Origin: a virus
Taxonomy: Duplodnaviria; Caudoviricetes
Direction: 5' to 3' (one strand)
IMG/VR virus record: IMGVR_UViG_3300030372_002234
Location: 8,876-72,875 of that record
Length of the DNA stretch: 64,000 nucleotides
The notes below the pieces were generated by a model. The model saw only the letters and a list, made by a program, of their open reading frames with translations, searched no databases and had not been told where the DNA came from. Shown piece by piece: positions 62,875 to 64,000 of this stretch (position 1 is its first letter; each line of letters opens with the position of its first letter). Position numbers and translations under genes: made by a program.

Positions 62875-64000
62875 ATGAATATACCCCAAGAAATGACTGA
62901 AGATTTTAGGAACCACTTGTGGGCCTGCTTTAAGTATCTAGGTTTGGGGGAGCCTACGCCATTACAATACGCTATGGCCGAGAAATTACAAAACGGCCCT
63001 GATGGCTTTCAGCTTCAGGCTGGCCGTGGTGCTGGTAAATCTGTGTTAACGGCTTGCTTTGCATCATGGTTGCTTCTTAAAGATCCTAATACAACTGTAA
63101 TGGTTATGTCAGCTACGGCCAATAAGTCTACTGAGTTTATTTCTATGACTCGTCGTATTTTGTCCCTTGTCCCGTATTGTCAACATATGGAACCCGGTCC
63201 TAATACCAAAGATAATGCCTTTGGGTTTAACGTAGAGAACAGAACTACACACGGTCAGGATATGAGTTGCTTTGCTCGTGGTGTCACGGGGCAGATAACG
63301 GGGTCACACGCTGATTGGGTAATTCTAGATGATGTAGAGATTGAAAAGAACTCAGAGACAGCAGAGAGCCGTGAGCGGCTTCTCACAAAGGTCTGGGAGA
63401 TTGAACAGATTCGTAATCCCGGAGAAGGTGGTGTACGCATTCTGGGTACGCCTCAGACCTCTGAGTCTATCTACCGTAAGATGGCTGACGGCTATCCAAT
63501 CCACAAGTTCCCTGCACTGATGCCTGATCCTATGGCTGAAGGTCAGATTGAGAACTGTGCTGATTATATCCTTGAATTAGATCTACAGCCCGGAGAGTCT
63601 ACCCAACCTGAGAGATTCCCGTTAGATCTTTTAATCGAACGTAAAGCAAAAGTTGGGCCTAAGTTGTTTTCTTTGCATTACCATCTTGATACAACTCTAG
63701 CGGATGCTGAAAGGTATCCCCTTAAGTTAGCTGATTTAGTGGTATTAGATCTTGACTACGAAGTAGCCCCTGAAAAAGTCGTGTGGGCTTCAAAACAAAT
63801 TAATAAGTCTATGCCCTCCTTTGGGTTAAGTGGAGATGTGATTTATGAGCCTATGTGGATTTCCCAAAATTATGAGCCTTATGTCCAAAAAGTCATGCAC
63901 ATTGACCCTAGTGGAAGAGGTGCTGACGAAACAGCCATATGCTGTAGTGGCTATCTTAATGGTTATGTTTTTATTATGGAGTTGCTTGGCTACGATGGCG
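62875..64000 (+). CDS. terL: Terminase large subunit (T7 gp19-like), 3'-truncated by the window
   Basis: Not in the ORF track; read directly from the sequence: PTPLQY, Walker A QAGRGAGKS, GQITGSHADWVILDDVE, LGTPQ, nuclease motif IDPSGRGADET. Confidence 0.95.
   Translation, partial: MNIPQEMTEDFRNHLWACFKYLGLGEPTPLQYAMAEKLQNGPDGFQLQAGRGAGKSVLTACFASWLLLKDPNTTVMVMSATANKSTEFISMTRRILSLVPYCQHMEPGPNTKDNAFGFNVENRTTHGQDMSCFARGVTGQITGSHADWVILDDVEIEKNSETAESRERLLTKVWEIEQIRNPGEGGVRILGTPQTSESIYRKMADGYPIHKFPALMPDPMAEGQIENCADYILELDLQPGESTQPERFPLDLLIERKAKVGPKLFSLHYHLDTTLADAERYPLKLADLVVLDLDYEVAPEKVVWASKQINKSMPSFGLSGDVIYEPMWISQNYEPYVQKVMHIDPSGRGADETAICCSGYLNGYVFIMELLGYDG

Noticed and set aside
1243-63440. All minus-strand ORFs in the track and most nested alternative-frame plus-strand ORFs
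   Set aside because: They lie antisense to or inside well-supported + strand genes, have no SD or recognisable motifs, and T7-like genomes are single-stranded in coding.
1-64000. Integrase, repressor, anti-CRISPR or retron/DGR modules
   Set aside because: No recombinase, reverse transcriptase or template/variable repeat pair is recognisable; unknown early ORFs cannot be assigned by eye.

Overview
All coding is on the + strand. The window is most of a T7-like podovirus (Autographiviridae-like) genome, cut inside a late gene at both edges. Order: (1) 1-13.8 kb, the end of a late module dominated by a >4282-aa internal virion protein; (2) 13.8-18.1 kb, a GC-rich early region of small unknown ORFs separated by structured non-coding elements, including two pistol ribozymes; (3) 18.2-36 kb, transcription, replication and nucleotide metabolism genes (2OG-Fe(II) oxygenase, ThyX, DUF932, three tRNAs, citrate-synthase-like protein, T7-type RNA polymerase, sigma-like factor, SSB, RusA, primase-helicase, family A DNA polymerase, dNMP kinase, exonuclease, class II RNR); (4) 36-64 kb, morphogenesis (portal, scaffold, capsid, tail tube A, an enlarged nozzle, tail fibre, a 2223-aa Cys-rich protein, holin-like genes, a Flp pilin, terminase). 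The strongest novelty candidate is a second single-subunit RNA polymerase embedded in the giant virion protein, with its motif C lying N-terminal to motifs A and B, i.e. an apparent circular permutation. Dockerin/EF-hand-like and GACC motifs suggest a Planctomycetota (Phycisphaerae-like) host, which is inference only. All calls come from motif recognition by eye. No database searches, folding or structure predictions were run, and several start codons were re-chosen from Shine-Dalgarno (SD) context.
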